Origin: an uncultured Coriobacteriales bacterium
Lineage (GTDB): Bacteria > Actinomycetota > Coriobacteriia > Coriobacteriales > QAMH01
Assembly: GCA_934646835.1 (NCBI GenBank)
Contig: CAKUES010000001.1
Span: 42,090-106,089, forward strand
Length of the DNA: 64,000 nucleotides
Direction: 5' to 3'
How positions within the stretch are numbered: position 1 is the stretch's first letter; each line of letters begins with the position of its first letter. Of the stretch, positions 19,008-27,913 are shown piece by piece. The position numbers and the translations under genes are program-made. The notes under the pieces are model-generated. The model saw only the letters and a list, made by a program, of their open reading frames with translations. It did not search any database and was not told the origin of the DNA.

Positions 19008-21425
19008 ATGACCACCCATCCATCTGCATGCCAAGGCTGCTCGGCCTGCTGCGCCGTCCTCGTCGAAGAAAGCGACGGTGTGATAACGGCCGTGAAGGGC
19101 AGCCCCGCCTCCCCCGCCACAGGCGGCGCAGTCTGCCCCGCACTGCAGATCACCTTGCAGCAGCTTGCCGACCCCGACCGCGTGACGACGCCGCTGCTGC
19201 GCACCAATCCCGTCAAGAAGCGCGGTGAAAACCCCAGATTCAAGCCTGTGAGCTGGGACCTTGCGCTCGACCTGATTGCCGAGCGCATGCTCGAGCTGCG
19301 CCGCGAAGGCAAAGGCGAGCGCTTGGTCGTGAGTCGCGGGCGTTGCACGGGTATCTCGAACCTGCTCTTCAAGGCACTGCCGGACATCTTCGGCACGCCC
19401 AACCGCATCACGCACGACGGCATCTGCGCGGAAGCCGAGAAGCTCGCCTGCGGCAGCATGGACGGCATCTGGGATTACCGCGACTTCGACTTTGCCAACG
19501 CGAAATGCATCGTCTTGTGGGGCGCAGACCCACTTGTCTCCAACCGCTTCAAATCCATCGCCAACAAGCTACTTCCCAAGCTCGCAGAAGACGTGCGCGT
19601 CTTCGCCGTCGATCCCCATCTCTCCTACACCGCCACGCGCCTGGGCACTGACTGCTGGGTGCCCATCATCCCCGGCACCGACGGCGCGCTGGCGCTCGCA
19701 ATGGCCCACGTCATCCTGATCGAGGGCCTGTGGAGCAAGGACTACGTCGGCGATTTTGCCGACGGGTGTAACCGCTTCGAGCCGGGCGGCGAGGTCGACC
19801 CCGCTTGTTTTGAGGAGCGCGGCACGCTCGGGCTGGTCGACTGGTGGAACAGCGAGCTGCGCTGTCGTACGCCACAGTGGGCGGCACCGCTTTGCGGCGT
19901 GTCAGTCAGCCGCATCGTCGAGATGGCGCGTGTCCTTGCCGCAGCCGGGAGCCGCAGCATCTCCTGGATTTCCCCCGGCGTCACCATGACGGCGCGTGGT
20001 CTTGCGAGCGGCATGGCCTGCCACGCCCTCAACGCCCTCATGGGCTCGATCGACAGCGCTGGCGGCGTAAGGCGCCTACCCCTGCTGGGCTGCGCGCCAT
20101 GGCCCTCGACCGAGCCGTACCAAGACACCGAGGCACATCGCACAAACGCCTGCGAGCCCGTCGACCAGCGCTGCCACCGGGGCCTCATGGCTGCTAAGGA
20201 CGGCGGCATCCACGCAAACGCACTCACCGACAGGCTGGCCGACGCCATCTTGAGCGACGAGCCCTACCCCGTCGAGATGATGATCGGCTATTGGAACAAC
20301 TTCGCGTTCTCCTGCAGCGATACGCAGCGCTGGGAGGAGGCGCTGGCAAAGCTGCCGTTCTTCGTCCACGTGACCACCAATATCTCGGAGACCTCATGGT
20401 TTGCCGACCTCGTCTTGCCGGCAAAGAGCCACCTCTACGAGAGCTGGGGCTACGCCGTGAGCCGTATGCAGGGTCATAGCTGCGTCTGCCTGCAGACCCC
20501 CGCCGTCGACGCGCCGGGCGAGGCGCGCGCAGACGAGAGCGAGTTTCCCTTCATGCTCGCTCAAAAGCTCGCGGAGAAGGGATTCCCTGCACTGCTCGAC
20601 TACTACCGAGATTGCTTCCCGGAGGTGCTGACGGGTAAGGTGCCGAGCAACGGCACCGAGCTCGGCCGCAACGCCGTGCAGCAGATCACGCGCCCCCTGT
20701 GGGAGGCCGCAGGCGGTTGGGAGTGCTTCTTGAGCAGCGGCGTTGCCGAGGGCATCGGCGCCAAAGCCCCGCTGCGAGCAGCGGGAGAGATCACGGAGCT
20801 TCCCACTCCCAGCGGGCGCTTCGAGTTTCGCAGCTCTGTCATCGCGCGCATGCTCGCGGAGTACGCGACGCCCCACGGCATCAGCCAGCAGCAGGCCGTG
20901 TCAGAGCTTGGTTACGAGTGCAGCCCGCAGCTGCTTGCCCTACCGCATTGGGAGGCGCCGGCACGTGTTGGCGATGCTGCCAACTACCCGCTGGTGTTCA
21001 GCCAACACCGCGCCTACGCGAGCCTCGAGGGGCGCTCTGCGAACACGGAGCTCTTCCAGAGGATGAAGGGTATGGACCCCGGCGACGAGGCCTGGGGCGA
21101 CGTGCTCAAGGTCCATCCCGCAGACCTCGCGAGGCTGGGTATCGAGGATGGGGCGATGGCGCGTCTGGTGTCTCCCATCGGCAGCGCTGCCATCAAAGTC
21201 CGCGCATGGGAGGGCGTGCTGCCCGGCGTCGTCTCCAAATGCTACGGGCAGGGGCATTGGGCGTACGGGCACATTGCGGCTGCCGACTTCGAGGAAAGCA
21301 TCCCCCGCGGTGTCAACGCCAACGAGCTGATTCCCGCTGTCTACGAGGGAATCAGCGGCGCTACCGCACGTCATGGCGGCGTCATGCGCGTACGCCTCGA
21401 GCAGTTGGACGACACACTGTCGTGA
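19008..21425 (+). CDS. molybdopterin (bis-MGD) oxidoreductase, ArrA/Psr-type, with no Tat signal (predicted cytoplasmic)
   Basis: N-terminal FeS motif CQGCSACC...C, Mo-ligand block HDGICAE, and the conserved blocks IIPGTDGALALAMAHVIL and GQGHWAYGHIAA. It is a clear paralog of 42676..45267 but starts MTTHPSACQGC without an RR leader. Confidence 0.8.
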   Translation: MTTHPSACQGCSACCAVLVEESDGVITAVKGSPASPATGGAVCPALQITLQQLADPDRVTTPLLRTNPVKKRGENPRFKPVSWDLALDLIAERMLELRREGKGERLVVSRGRCTGISNLLFKALPDIFGTPNRITHDGICAEAEKLACGSMDGIWDYRDFDFANAKCIVLWGADPLVSNRFKSIANKLLPKLAEDVRVFAVDPHLSYTATRLGTDCWVPIIPGTDGALALAMAHVILIEGLWSKDYVGDFADGCNRFEPGGEVDPACFEERGTLGLVDWWNSELRCRTPQWAAPLCGVSVSRIVEMARVLAAAGSRSISWISPGVTMTARGLASGMACHALNALMGSIDSAGGVRRLPLLGCAPWPSTEPYQDTEAHRTNACEPVDQRCHRGLMAAKDGGIHANALTDRLADAILSDEPYPVEMMIGYWNNFAFSCSDTQRWEEALAKLPFFVHVTTNISETSWFADLVLPAKSHLYESWGYAVSRMQGHSCVCLQTPAVDAPGEARADESEFPFMLAQKLAEKGFPALLDYYRDCFPEVLTGKVPSNGTELGRNAVQQITRPLWEAAGGWECFLSSGVAEGIGAKAPLRAAGEITELPTPSGRFEFRSSVIARMLAEYATPHGISQQQAVSELGYECSPQLLALPHWEAPARVGDAANYPLVFSQHRAYASLEGRSANTELFQRMKGMDPGDEAWGDVLKVHPADLARLGIEDGAMARLVSPIGSAAIKVRAWEGVLPGVVSKCYGQGHWAYGHIAAADFEESIPRGVNANELIPAVYEGISGATARHGGVMRVRLEQLDDTLS

Positions 21426-21437
21426 GTTTGCACGCCC

Positions 21438-21476
21438 GCTGCAACCAGATGGCGCCGACTCCGTCTGGCGCCTACG
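21438..21476 (+). repeat. family B REP-like hairpin (single copy)
   Basis: gctgcaaccagatGGCGCCgactccgtctGGCGCCtacg. Confidence 0.8.
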
Positions 21477-21527
21477 CTGGCCTGCGACCTGCAGGGGCTG
21501 ACGCGCAAACCCGTAGCGAGTTGCGGC

Positions 21528-21613
21528 GCAGTCAACACTCCCGTCAGGCTGATTTGTTGACCAAGCCATGCTTGGCATGGTCAACAAATCAGCCTGACGG
21601 GAGTGTTGACTGC
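21528..21613. repeat. 86-nt near-perfect hairpin
   Basis: The 36-nt arm gcagtcaacactcccgtcaggctgatttgttgacca (21528-21563) is perfectly complementary to 21578-21613. The inner gcca-tgct-tggc extends the stem. Confidence 0.85.
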
Positions 21614-21672
21614 AGCCAAAACCCCACGAAAACCATATAGGAGCACCACCAATACCAGATTCTGTAAAAAAC

Positions 21673-21700
21673 TTGCAATTGAGACTTGCGCGCCTAATGG
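21673..21700 (+). promoter_or_regulatory. weak candidate promoter for the AhpD-like/arsS operon
   Basis: TTGCAA, 16 nt, TAATGG; by eye only. Confidence 0.2.
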
Positions 21701-21806
21701 ATGATGTCTTATATTGGTTCCAGCAAGTCAGTCCTCCCTCATACAATCAACTGGCTTCGCAAGAGAGCAGTTGCAGCTGTTCTCAAGCAAACTCCTTTGG
21801 ATTGTT

Positions 21807-21850
21807 TGGCTCGAACGGGAACAGGCCCCCGTTCGAGCCAAAAGTCTTTT
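21807..21850 (+). terminator. terminator-like hairpin inside the 5' leader of the AhpD-like/arsS operon (candidate attenuator)
   Basis: tggctcgaacggg-aacaggcc-cccgttcgagcca (13-bp stem) followed by aaagtctttt. A second short GC stem plus T5 lies at 21874-21893, and a third hairpin at 21908-21924 sits just before the RBS. Confidence 0.4.
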
Positions 21851-21944
21851 AGGGCGGATTCCCGACCGCAACAGCCGCGCCTGCGGCGTTTTTCATATTT
21901 GGCCCAAACCCACTGCTTGAGTGGGATAAGAAGAAAGGACTCCC

Positions 21945-22283
21945 ATGGAAACCTATTACAACCCCGCTGACCTCGCCAAGTTCTCTGCAGAGGGCGTCGG
22001 CTCCGCCGCCCCCGAGCTCTGGGAGAAGTACATGGGCTACTACGGCTCCGTCTTCCAGGACGGCGCCCTGACCGCCCGCGAGAAGGCCCTCATCGCCGTC
22101 GCTGTGGCAGCTGCCGTCCAGTGCCCCTACTGCATCGACGCCTACACCAACACCCTGCTGCAGGACGGCTGCGACGCAGACGAAATCATGGAAGCCATCC
22201 ATGTCGCCAACGCGATCCGCGGCGGCGCATCCCTCGTCCACGGCGTCCAGGCCGTCAACATCATCGAGAAGAACGAGCTGTAA
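21945..22283 (+). CDS. carboxymuconolactone decarboxylase (AhpD-like) family protein, arsenosugar-biosynthesis-associated type
   Basis: AhpD-like CxxC (AAVQCPYCIDAYT), about 110 aa, immediately upstream of ArsS as in the TIGR04169/TIGR04167 pairing I recall. Confidence 0.8.
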   Translation: METYYNPADLAKFSAEGVGSAAPELWEKYMGYYGSVFQDGALTAREKALIAVAVAAAVQCPYCIDAYTNTLLQDGCDADEIMEAIHVANAIRGGASLVHGVQAVNIIEKNEL

Positions 22284-22372
22284 ATCGGCAACCGCCGTAT
22301 ACTACGAACTTCGATAAAGCCGAGGGGAGCACACCGTGAGGGCGGCGTCTCCCCTCTTTCGTTGGAGAGAAT

Positions 22373-23401
22373 ATGTCCCAGTTAATCGATAGGATTGCAA
22401 ACGATCCTGAGCTCAAGGCGGCGATGGCGGCGTTTCCGCCCTTTGTCGAGCGCGTACCGGAGAAGTACCGCGCAAGCCTCGACGAGCTCGACGTGTTGCA
22501 GGTCAACGTCACGCGCCAGTGCAACATCGTCTGCAAGCACTGCCACCTCGACTGTCATCCCAATCGCACGGAGCACATGTCGCGCGAGCACCTCGAGCAG
22601 TGCCTCGACGTCTTCGAGCAGCGCGGCTTCAAGACGCTCGACATCACCGGCGGCGCTCCGGAGATGAACCCGGACTTCGAGTGGTTCATCCGCGAGGCGG
22701 GCTGTCGCAACATCCCCATGATCGTGCGCAGCAACCTCATCATCCACGAGGAACCCGGTTACGAGCACTACCCCGCGCTCTTCGCGCAGCTCGGCATCAA
22801 CGTCGTGGCGTCGCTTCCCCACTACCGCGAGCGCAACATGGAGAAGCAGCGCGGCGCGGGCACCTTCATGCCCGTCATCCACGGCCTGCAGCGCCTCAAC
22901 GCGCTCGGCTACGGCAAGGGCGAAGCGGGCAAGAACGCCGCAGGTCAAAAGCTCCAGCTTGACCTTGTCTTCAATCCGTCCGGCATCAACATGCCACCCG
23001 ATCAGGCGACCATGGAGGCCGAGTACAAGCGCCGTCTCAAGGCAGACTTCGACATCGAATTCGACAACCTGTTCACCTTCACCAATGCACCGGGCGGTCG
23101 CTTTGCCATGGCGCTCATGAAGGCCGGCAAGCTCGACATGTACATGAACAAGCTCATCGGCGCGTTCAACCCGAACACGGTCGAGGGCATGATGTGCCGC
23201 ATGGAGTACTCCGTCGCCCCCGACGGCCATCTGTATGACTGCGACTTCAACCAGGCGGTGGCGCTGCCTTGTGCCGACGGCCGCATGATCGGCGACCTGC
23301 TCGACCCCAACCAGCCGCTCAAGCGCCGCATCTGCTTTGGCAACCACTGCTACTCCTGCACGGCCGGGGCAGGCAGCAGTTGAGGCGGCAGCACAGCGTA
23401 G
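22373..23401 (+). CDS. arsS: radical SAM (seleno)protein ArsS, arsenosugar-type; in-frame TGA at 23381-23383 read as selenocysteine
   Basis: Radical SAM motif CNIVCKHC and Cys-rich C-terminal domain CFGNHCYSCTAGAGSS. The track ORF stops at the TGA, but the frame continues GGC GGC AGC ACA GCG TAG, giving ...GSSUGGSTA. A hairpin follows. The family assignment is firm; the Sec extension is less so. Confidence 0.75.
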
Positions 23402-23411
23402 GTTCTACGCT
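23395..23411 (+). promoter_or_regulatory. candidate bacterial SECIS hairpin
   Basis: agcgtag-gtt-ctacgct, a perfect 7-bp stem. The loop starts 18 nt after the UGA and begins with G. Confidence 0.4.
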
Positions 23412-23422
23412 CTCAAAGCGGA

Positions 23423-23455
23423 AACGCCCGTAAGTAGTGGATGCTTGCGGGCGTT
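23423..23455 (+). terminator. hairpin downstream of arsS
   Basis: aacgcccg...cgggcgtt (8-bp stem, 17-nt loop); weak U-tract. Confidence 0.3.
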
Positions 23456-23535
23456 CCTGTTATTGCGGCCATGGCAAGCGCAGACTGAGGAGGCCTGGTT
23501 GCGGCCACGGCAAGTGCAGGCTGGGGCGCCTGGCG

Positions 23536-23684
23536 AACAAAAAGTGCACGAAGTGTTAAGGGTTTCGGCAAGTGGACGAGTAGACGGCGATTTCCACTTG
23601 CAAAACCGCAGGTCACAGCGTTGCCGATTCTTGGCTACTCGCCTGCTCGCCGAAACCCTTAACACTTCGTGCACTTTTTGTTCG
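23536..23684 (+). repeat. family A palindromic element, copy A2
   Basis: TIRs gaacaaaaagtgcacgaagtgttaagggtttcggc / gccgaaacccttaacacttcgtgcactttttgttc, with the core in plus orientation. Confidence 0.85.
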
Positions 23685-23725
23685 CGGGGCCCCTCAACCC
23701 ACGCAATCGAGTGCCGCAAAAGCGA

Positions 23726-23760
23726 GAACGCCCGCAAACATCCATCGTTTGCGGGCGTTC
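23726..23760 (-). terminator. terminator of the minus-strand VOC/SDR/MFS operon
   Basis: gaacgcccgcaaac-atccatc-gtttgcgggcgttc (14-bp perfect stem). On the minus strand it is followed by tcgctttt, 60 nt after the VOC stop. Confidence 0.5.
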
Positions 23761-23819
23761 CAGTGTTTGCGGCTCACAATAGACGCGCGTCAGAGGGGGA
23801 GATTGGACGCTTGGAGAGT

Positions 23820-24458
23820 CTACTTGCCGCCGAGGGGGATGAACATGGTCTCAGGGTTGCCGTCCCATTTGTCCTTGGCACCGATGATCGCGTTGTGCAG
23901 CATCTGTGCGCGCGGGGTGATGAGCTGAGCGGCAAACCCGAGCTCCTTGCGCATGTCGCAGACCATGAAAGAAGCCTTGCCGGCGTTCTTCTTGATGGCC
24001 TCGACGTCTGCGCCGGTGGCCTTGGCTTTCTCAATCGCGTTGGCCATGTCCGGGTAGCCGACGGTGATGACGGGAATCTTGAGGAACTCGCAGGCATCCT
24101 GCGCCTCTTCCAGATCCTCGACGAAGATATGCAGGTGATTGAAGCCAGGCTCGCCCTCCGTGTTGATCTCGCTGAACATCGTGGGCACGTCGAAGGGAAC
24201 GGGCTCGACTACCTCGATGGTGTGGCTTCCCCAGGCACCGTAGGCAGCGTGAAACTCCAAGCCCGTGCAATCGACTTCCTCACCGCGGTAAAGCAGTTTG
24301 GAGAAGGTGTTCGTTGTGTAGAAAAACGGGCCGGAACCAAAGAGGCGGTTGTGGTCGGTCATGAACTTGCGCCAGTCCTTTGCATAAAAGCCCAGCATAT
24401 GGACCCAATCGCGCCCCTTGAAGTAATCCGTGTAGTCCTTGGCAAGAACCTCGCTCAT
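23820..24458 (-). CDS. VOC (glyoxalase/bleomycin-resistance/dioxygenase) family protein
   Basis: Two betaalphabetabetabeta-like modules (HMLGFYAKD..., FNHLHIFVEDLEEA...). The start is taken at MSEVLAKDY (24458); the track N-terminus is Arg/Ala-rich and non-coding in appearance. Confidence 0.7.
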   Translation of the reverse strand: MSEVLAKDYTDYFKGRDWVHMLGFYAKDWRKFMTDHNRLFGSGPFFYTTNTFSKLLYRGEEVDCTGLEFHAAYGAWGSHTIEVVEPVPFDVPTMFSEINTEGEPGFNHLHIFVEDLEEAQDACEFLKIPVITVGYPDMANAIEKAKATGADVEAIKKNAGKASFMVCDMRKELGFAAQLITPRAQMLHNAIIGAKDKWDGNPETMFIPLGGK

Positions 24459-24540
24459 GATAATCACGTCTTTCTTGACAGGGCTTGCAGCCTCAGGCCT
24501 CAAGCCGCAAGCCGAAAGCCGCAAGCCCAAGCCTGCGTTG

Positions 24541-25371
24541 CTAGTCGATTTGCTTTGCGGTGGTCAGGCCGAACTTCCCACCGTCGAGGATGAGGTCGCA
24601 TCCTGTGAGGTAATCGTGACCGGGGGCGAGCAGATGGGCGATGAAATCAGCCATCTCATCCGGGTCACCCAGGCGTCCGGCAGCAGTGCCCTTGGCGATG
24701 CCTGCGATGACCTCAGCAGAAGACTCTCGCAGCATCGGGGTGTCGAACGCGCCCGGCGCGATGGAGAAGATCTGGCAGCCCTTACGCCCAAAGCGCATGG
24801 TATTGGCCCTGGTGTAGTACTGGGTGAAGGTCTTGGAGATGGGATAGTAGAGGTAATCCTCTCCCATGTGCTTCATGGCCTCGGGAACCTCGCGGTTTTG
24901 GATGGCCACCTTGACTTTCTCGAAGAACTCCGGGTCAGCGGTGTTATCCCACAGCTCCTTCTCCTCTGGCGTAGGCTGGACAAAATACCCGGTGATAGAG
25001 GAGAAATTCACGAGACGAGCGCCGGCTTCCATGTAAGGGAAGAACGCCTCGACAAAGTTGACCGTGCCTACCATGTTGACGCCGATGATGAGGTCGGCAC
25101 CACCTGCGTCCACGCCGGCAGCGTTGAGAACGTTGCCGAGCGGTGCGATGCTTGCGGCATAGGCGGCGAACTCGTCAAGAGATGCGCGGTCGGCGATGTC
25201 GACGGTCTTGCCAAAGGCCTCGACACCGGCCTCCCTCAGTGTCGCCAAGGCGTTTTCCAGGCGCTTCTCGTTTCGTCCGCCGACCAGCACGGGACCGTAC
25301 TTGCCCAAGGCAATTGCAGTTGCCAGACCCATTCCAGAAGTTCCACCGGCGATAACTTGCAGTTTCTTCAT
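24541..25371 (-). CDS. SDR-family oxidoreductase
   Basis: Rossmann motif VIAGGTSGMGLA and a typical SDR length. AAAGGAG lies before the ATG. Confidence 0.85.
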   Translation of the reverse strand: MKKLQVIAGGTSGMGLATAIALGKYGPVLVGGRNEKRLENALATLREAGVEAFGKTVDIADRASLDEFAAYAASIAPLGNVLNAAGVDAGGADLIIGVNMVGTVNFVEAFFPYMEAGARLVNFSSITGYFVQPTPEEKELWDNTADPEFFEKVKVAIQNREVPEAMKHMGEDYLYYPISKTFTQYYTRANTMRFGRKGCQIFSIAPGAFDTPMLRESSAEVIAGIAKGTAAGRLGDPDEMADFIAHLLAPGHDYLTGCDLILDGGKFGLTTAKQID

Positions 25372-25459
25372 GATGCTCCTTTGGTGTTGGAGAACCGGGC
25401 CGGCAATAGCCCGGTTCTCGATTTGCGAAGGTGCTAAACAGCAGGTGCAAGGCCCTTCT

Positions 25460-26923
25460 CTAAGCCTCTGCCTCTTCAGAAGCGGGCTTCTTCAGCAGGA
25501 AGGTGATAAAGAAGAGGATGATCCAGGCGATCAGCGCGACGACCATACACAGGCGCATGCCGCCAGCTGGGTCGACGGCCAAGATCAGCGTGAACACCGC
25601 CATGCCGATGCCCGCACCGAGGTTCTGGCCGAGCTGAATGGTGGAGTTGCCGATGGTGCGCTCCTTGGCAGTGAGCATGATCTGCGGTGCAGCCGACTGG
25701 GTGACCTGCTGCTGGGAGTTGAAGATGCCAGCTGCAAACATCAGCACGTAGATGACCCACACGGGCACGCCGGGGACCAAGAAGAAGACGAAGCAGGCCA
25801 TGACGACGACGCGAACCGCATTGCCGATGGTCATGACGGTCTTGGCCGTACCGGCCTTGGTAATCACCTTGCCAAAGATCGGGCCAAGCACCAGGCCGAG
25901 CACAGCCATGAGGGCCGATGCCAAGCCAGCCGCGGTAGCGGGCCCGAGGGCGGCACAGATAGGGTCGTCGGTGAGCGTGCGCATGATGAAGCCGGCGATG
26001 AAGAAGATGATGGTCATGGCGCCAAAGTTGTGCAGGAAGTTTGCGGCGGTGAGCACCAAGACGTTGCGGTTCTTGAGGGTCTCGAGCGGGATAATGGCGT
26101 CGTTGCCCTTCTTCTTGATATTGATGGCGAGCAAAACCAAGAAGACTATGGCGATCACCAGGAGCGCGGTGTTGAGCGGCGTGCCGAACTTAACGTAGCT
26201 CGTGCCCATGGAAAGGCCGATGATCAAGGCTGCGAAGGCGATCATGACGTATACGGCTCCAAAACCGTCGAACTTGTTGCCGGCAGCGGCCATATCGGCC
26301 ACTTCTTCCTTCTTGACGCTGACGCCAAAGAAGGTGACGAGGGCACCGACGACCAAGACGGCCACGCAGATCCACGTCCATGCTCGCCAACCCAAAGAGT
26401 CGATGACAAGACCGGCGAGCACAGGGCCGATCAAAGTGGCAGCCGACATGACGGTACCAACGAGACCCAGGTAGAAACCGGCTTTCTTGCGGTCGTAGAC
26501 ATCGCGGATGATGGTGAAGCCCACGCCGAAGACGGCGGCACTCACCATGCCCCAGAACACGTTTGCCACGACGATCATCATCATGTTGGTGGCGATTGCG
26601 CGGACCAGCAGCACGCAGGCGCCGCCGGCAAGGCCGATCGTGCACAGGATGCGCTTGAGATGCGGGTTTCGCGCGGCAATGAAGCCGAACACGGGCATCA
26701 GCGCAACAGAAAGGACGCTGGAGATGCTTTGAGCCAAGCCGTAGATGTCCATGCCGCCGATCTCTGCCGCTGCAGCGGGCAGGACTGTGGCATTTGACGT
26801 TGAGATGAGCAGATTCGCAATGATTCCGCAGTACACACCGATGACGGTGAGGAACTTCTTGCTCTCGGGCGCTTTCATGAAGGCGTTGGTCTCTTTGACC
26901 TCAACTGTTTCCTTCTCATTCAT
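25460..26923 (-). CDS. MFS transporter
   Basis: About 14 hydrophobic helices. GGGAGG lies 6 nt upstream of the ATG. Confidence 0.85.
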   Translation of the reverse strand: MNEKETVEVKETNAFMKAPESKKFLTVIGVYCGIIANLLISTSNATVLPAAAAEIGGMDIYGLAQSISSVLSVALMPVFGFIAARNPHLKRILCTIGLAGGACVLLVRAIATNMMMIVVANVFWGMVSAAVFGVGFTIIRDVYDRKKAGFYLGLVGTVMSAATLIGPVLAGLVIDSLGWRAWTWICVAVLVVGALVTFFGVSVKKEEVADMAAAGNKFDGFGAVYVMIAFAALIIGLSMGTSYVKFGTPLNTALLVIAIVFLVLLAINIKKKGNDAIIPLETLKNRNVLVLTAANFLHNFGAMTIIFFIAGFIMRTLTDDPICAALGPATAAGLASALMAVLGLVLGPIFGKVITKAGTAKTVMTIGNAVRVVVMACFVFFLVPGVPVWVIYVLMFAAGIFNSQQQVTQSAAPQIMLTAKERTIGNSTIQLGQNLGAGIGMAVFTLILAVDPAGGMRLCMVVALIAWIILFFITFLLKKPASEEAEA

Positions 26924-27052
26924 TCGCTACCTCCCTCTTGAGTTAGCTGTCATTGATGGGAATCAAAACGTGCTACCGTAAGGAAAGCCTTGCGAGACGA
27001 GGCTTGTCGGCGGGATCTCGGTTTGCGGCTGGGTACCGCCTTCTGCTTCTCG

Positions 27053-27826
27053 CTATGCGAGCTCTCCTCCGTCGACAACCAGATGTTGTCCGTTCATAAA
27101 GCTCGAGGCGTCGCTTGCCAGATAGAGCACTGCATTGGCGCAGTCGTCGACGTTGCCGTAGCGCCCCAGGGGAATCTTGGCGATGGTTGCGTTGATATAA
27201 GCCTCCATCTTAGTTGCCCCGTGAGTCATGTCGGTGTCGATGAAACCCGGATACAGGGTGTTGACGCGCACGCCCTTGGGACCGAGCAGCTTGCCCCACT
27301 TCTGGGTAAGGGCGCGGATAGCTCCCTTGGTAGCCGTGTAGGCAGTCGAGCCGGCGGCATGCCACGACGCAAGCGAACCAATGGGGATGATGGCGCCCAC
27401 GCCGTTTTTGGAGCACTCCTCCCAGCCGTACTTGACCATAAAGAAGACGCTGTCGAGGTTAACCGCCATGATGTTGCGCCAGTTCTCCGTATCGAAGGCA
27501 TCGGCCATGCTACGTTCGGACAAGCCCGATATTCCAGCGGCAAGAACCATGATGTCCAGGCGGCCAAAGTCAGCCAGGCACTTCTCCACGGCGGCCTTGC
27601 AAATCTCCTCCTGAGATGCATCGCCCGCAAAGTAAGATGCCTCGCCTCCTGCGGCCTCGATCTGCGCCACGGCCTCTTGGAGCTTTTCCTCGCGACGTGC
27701 CACCAAGAAGACCTTCGCACCGTGTTCGGCGAGGATCTTGGCGCTTTGGTTGCCGATACCGTGCGAGCTCGCACCGGTGATCAAGGCAACGCGTCCGGTA
27801 AGGTCGTAGAAGTCCCTGCTTGTCAT
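27053..27826 (-). CDS. SDR-family oxidoreductase (classical, FabG-like)
   Basis: TGRVALITGASSHGIG cofactor motif, an NAAG-like LAAGISG motif, and a catalytic region with Y..TK (STAYTATKGA). Confidence 0.9.
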   Translation of the reverse strand: MTSRDFYDLTGRVALITGASSHGIGNQSAKILAEHGAKVFLVARREEKLQEAVAQIEAAGGEASYFAGDASQEEICKAAVEKCLADFGRLDIMVLAAGISGLSERSMADAFDTENWRNIMAVNLDSVFFMVKYGWEECSKNGVGAIIPIGSLASWHAAGSTAYTATKGAIRALTQKWGKLLGPKGVRVNTLYPGFIDTDMTHGATKMEAYINATIAKIPLGRYGNVDDCANAVLYLASDASSFMNGQHLVVDGGELA

Positions 27827-27913
27827 TTCCCTCTCCTCTCAAAATGAAAGCCCGCCCGCAATGCCGGCGGGCTTTGACCCTAATGTCTGCAGGGACACGA
27901 TGCCCTGCAGAAC

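Noticed and set aside
23405-23737. Recurring peptide segments in the ORF track (QKVHEVLRVSA..., MAPTSSGAYG..., NLWRRLRLAPT...) that look like a small protein family
   Set aside because: They are translations of the family A and family B DNA repeats in various frames and on both strands. They have no start or RBS context and no consistent reading frame.
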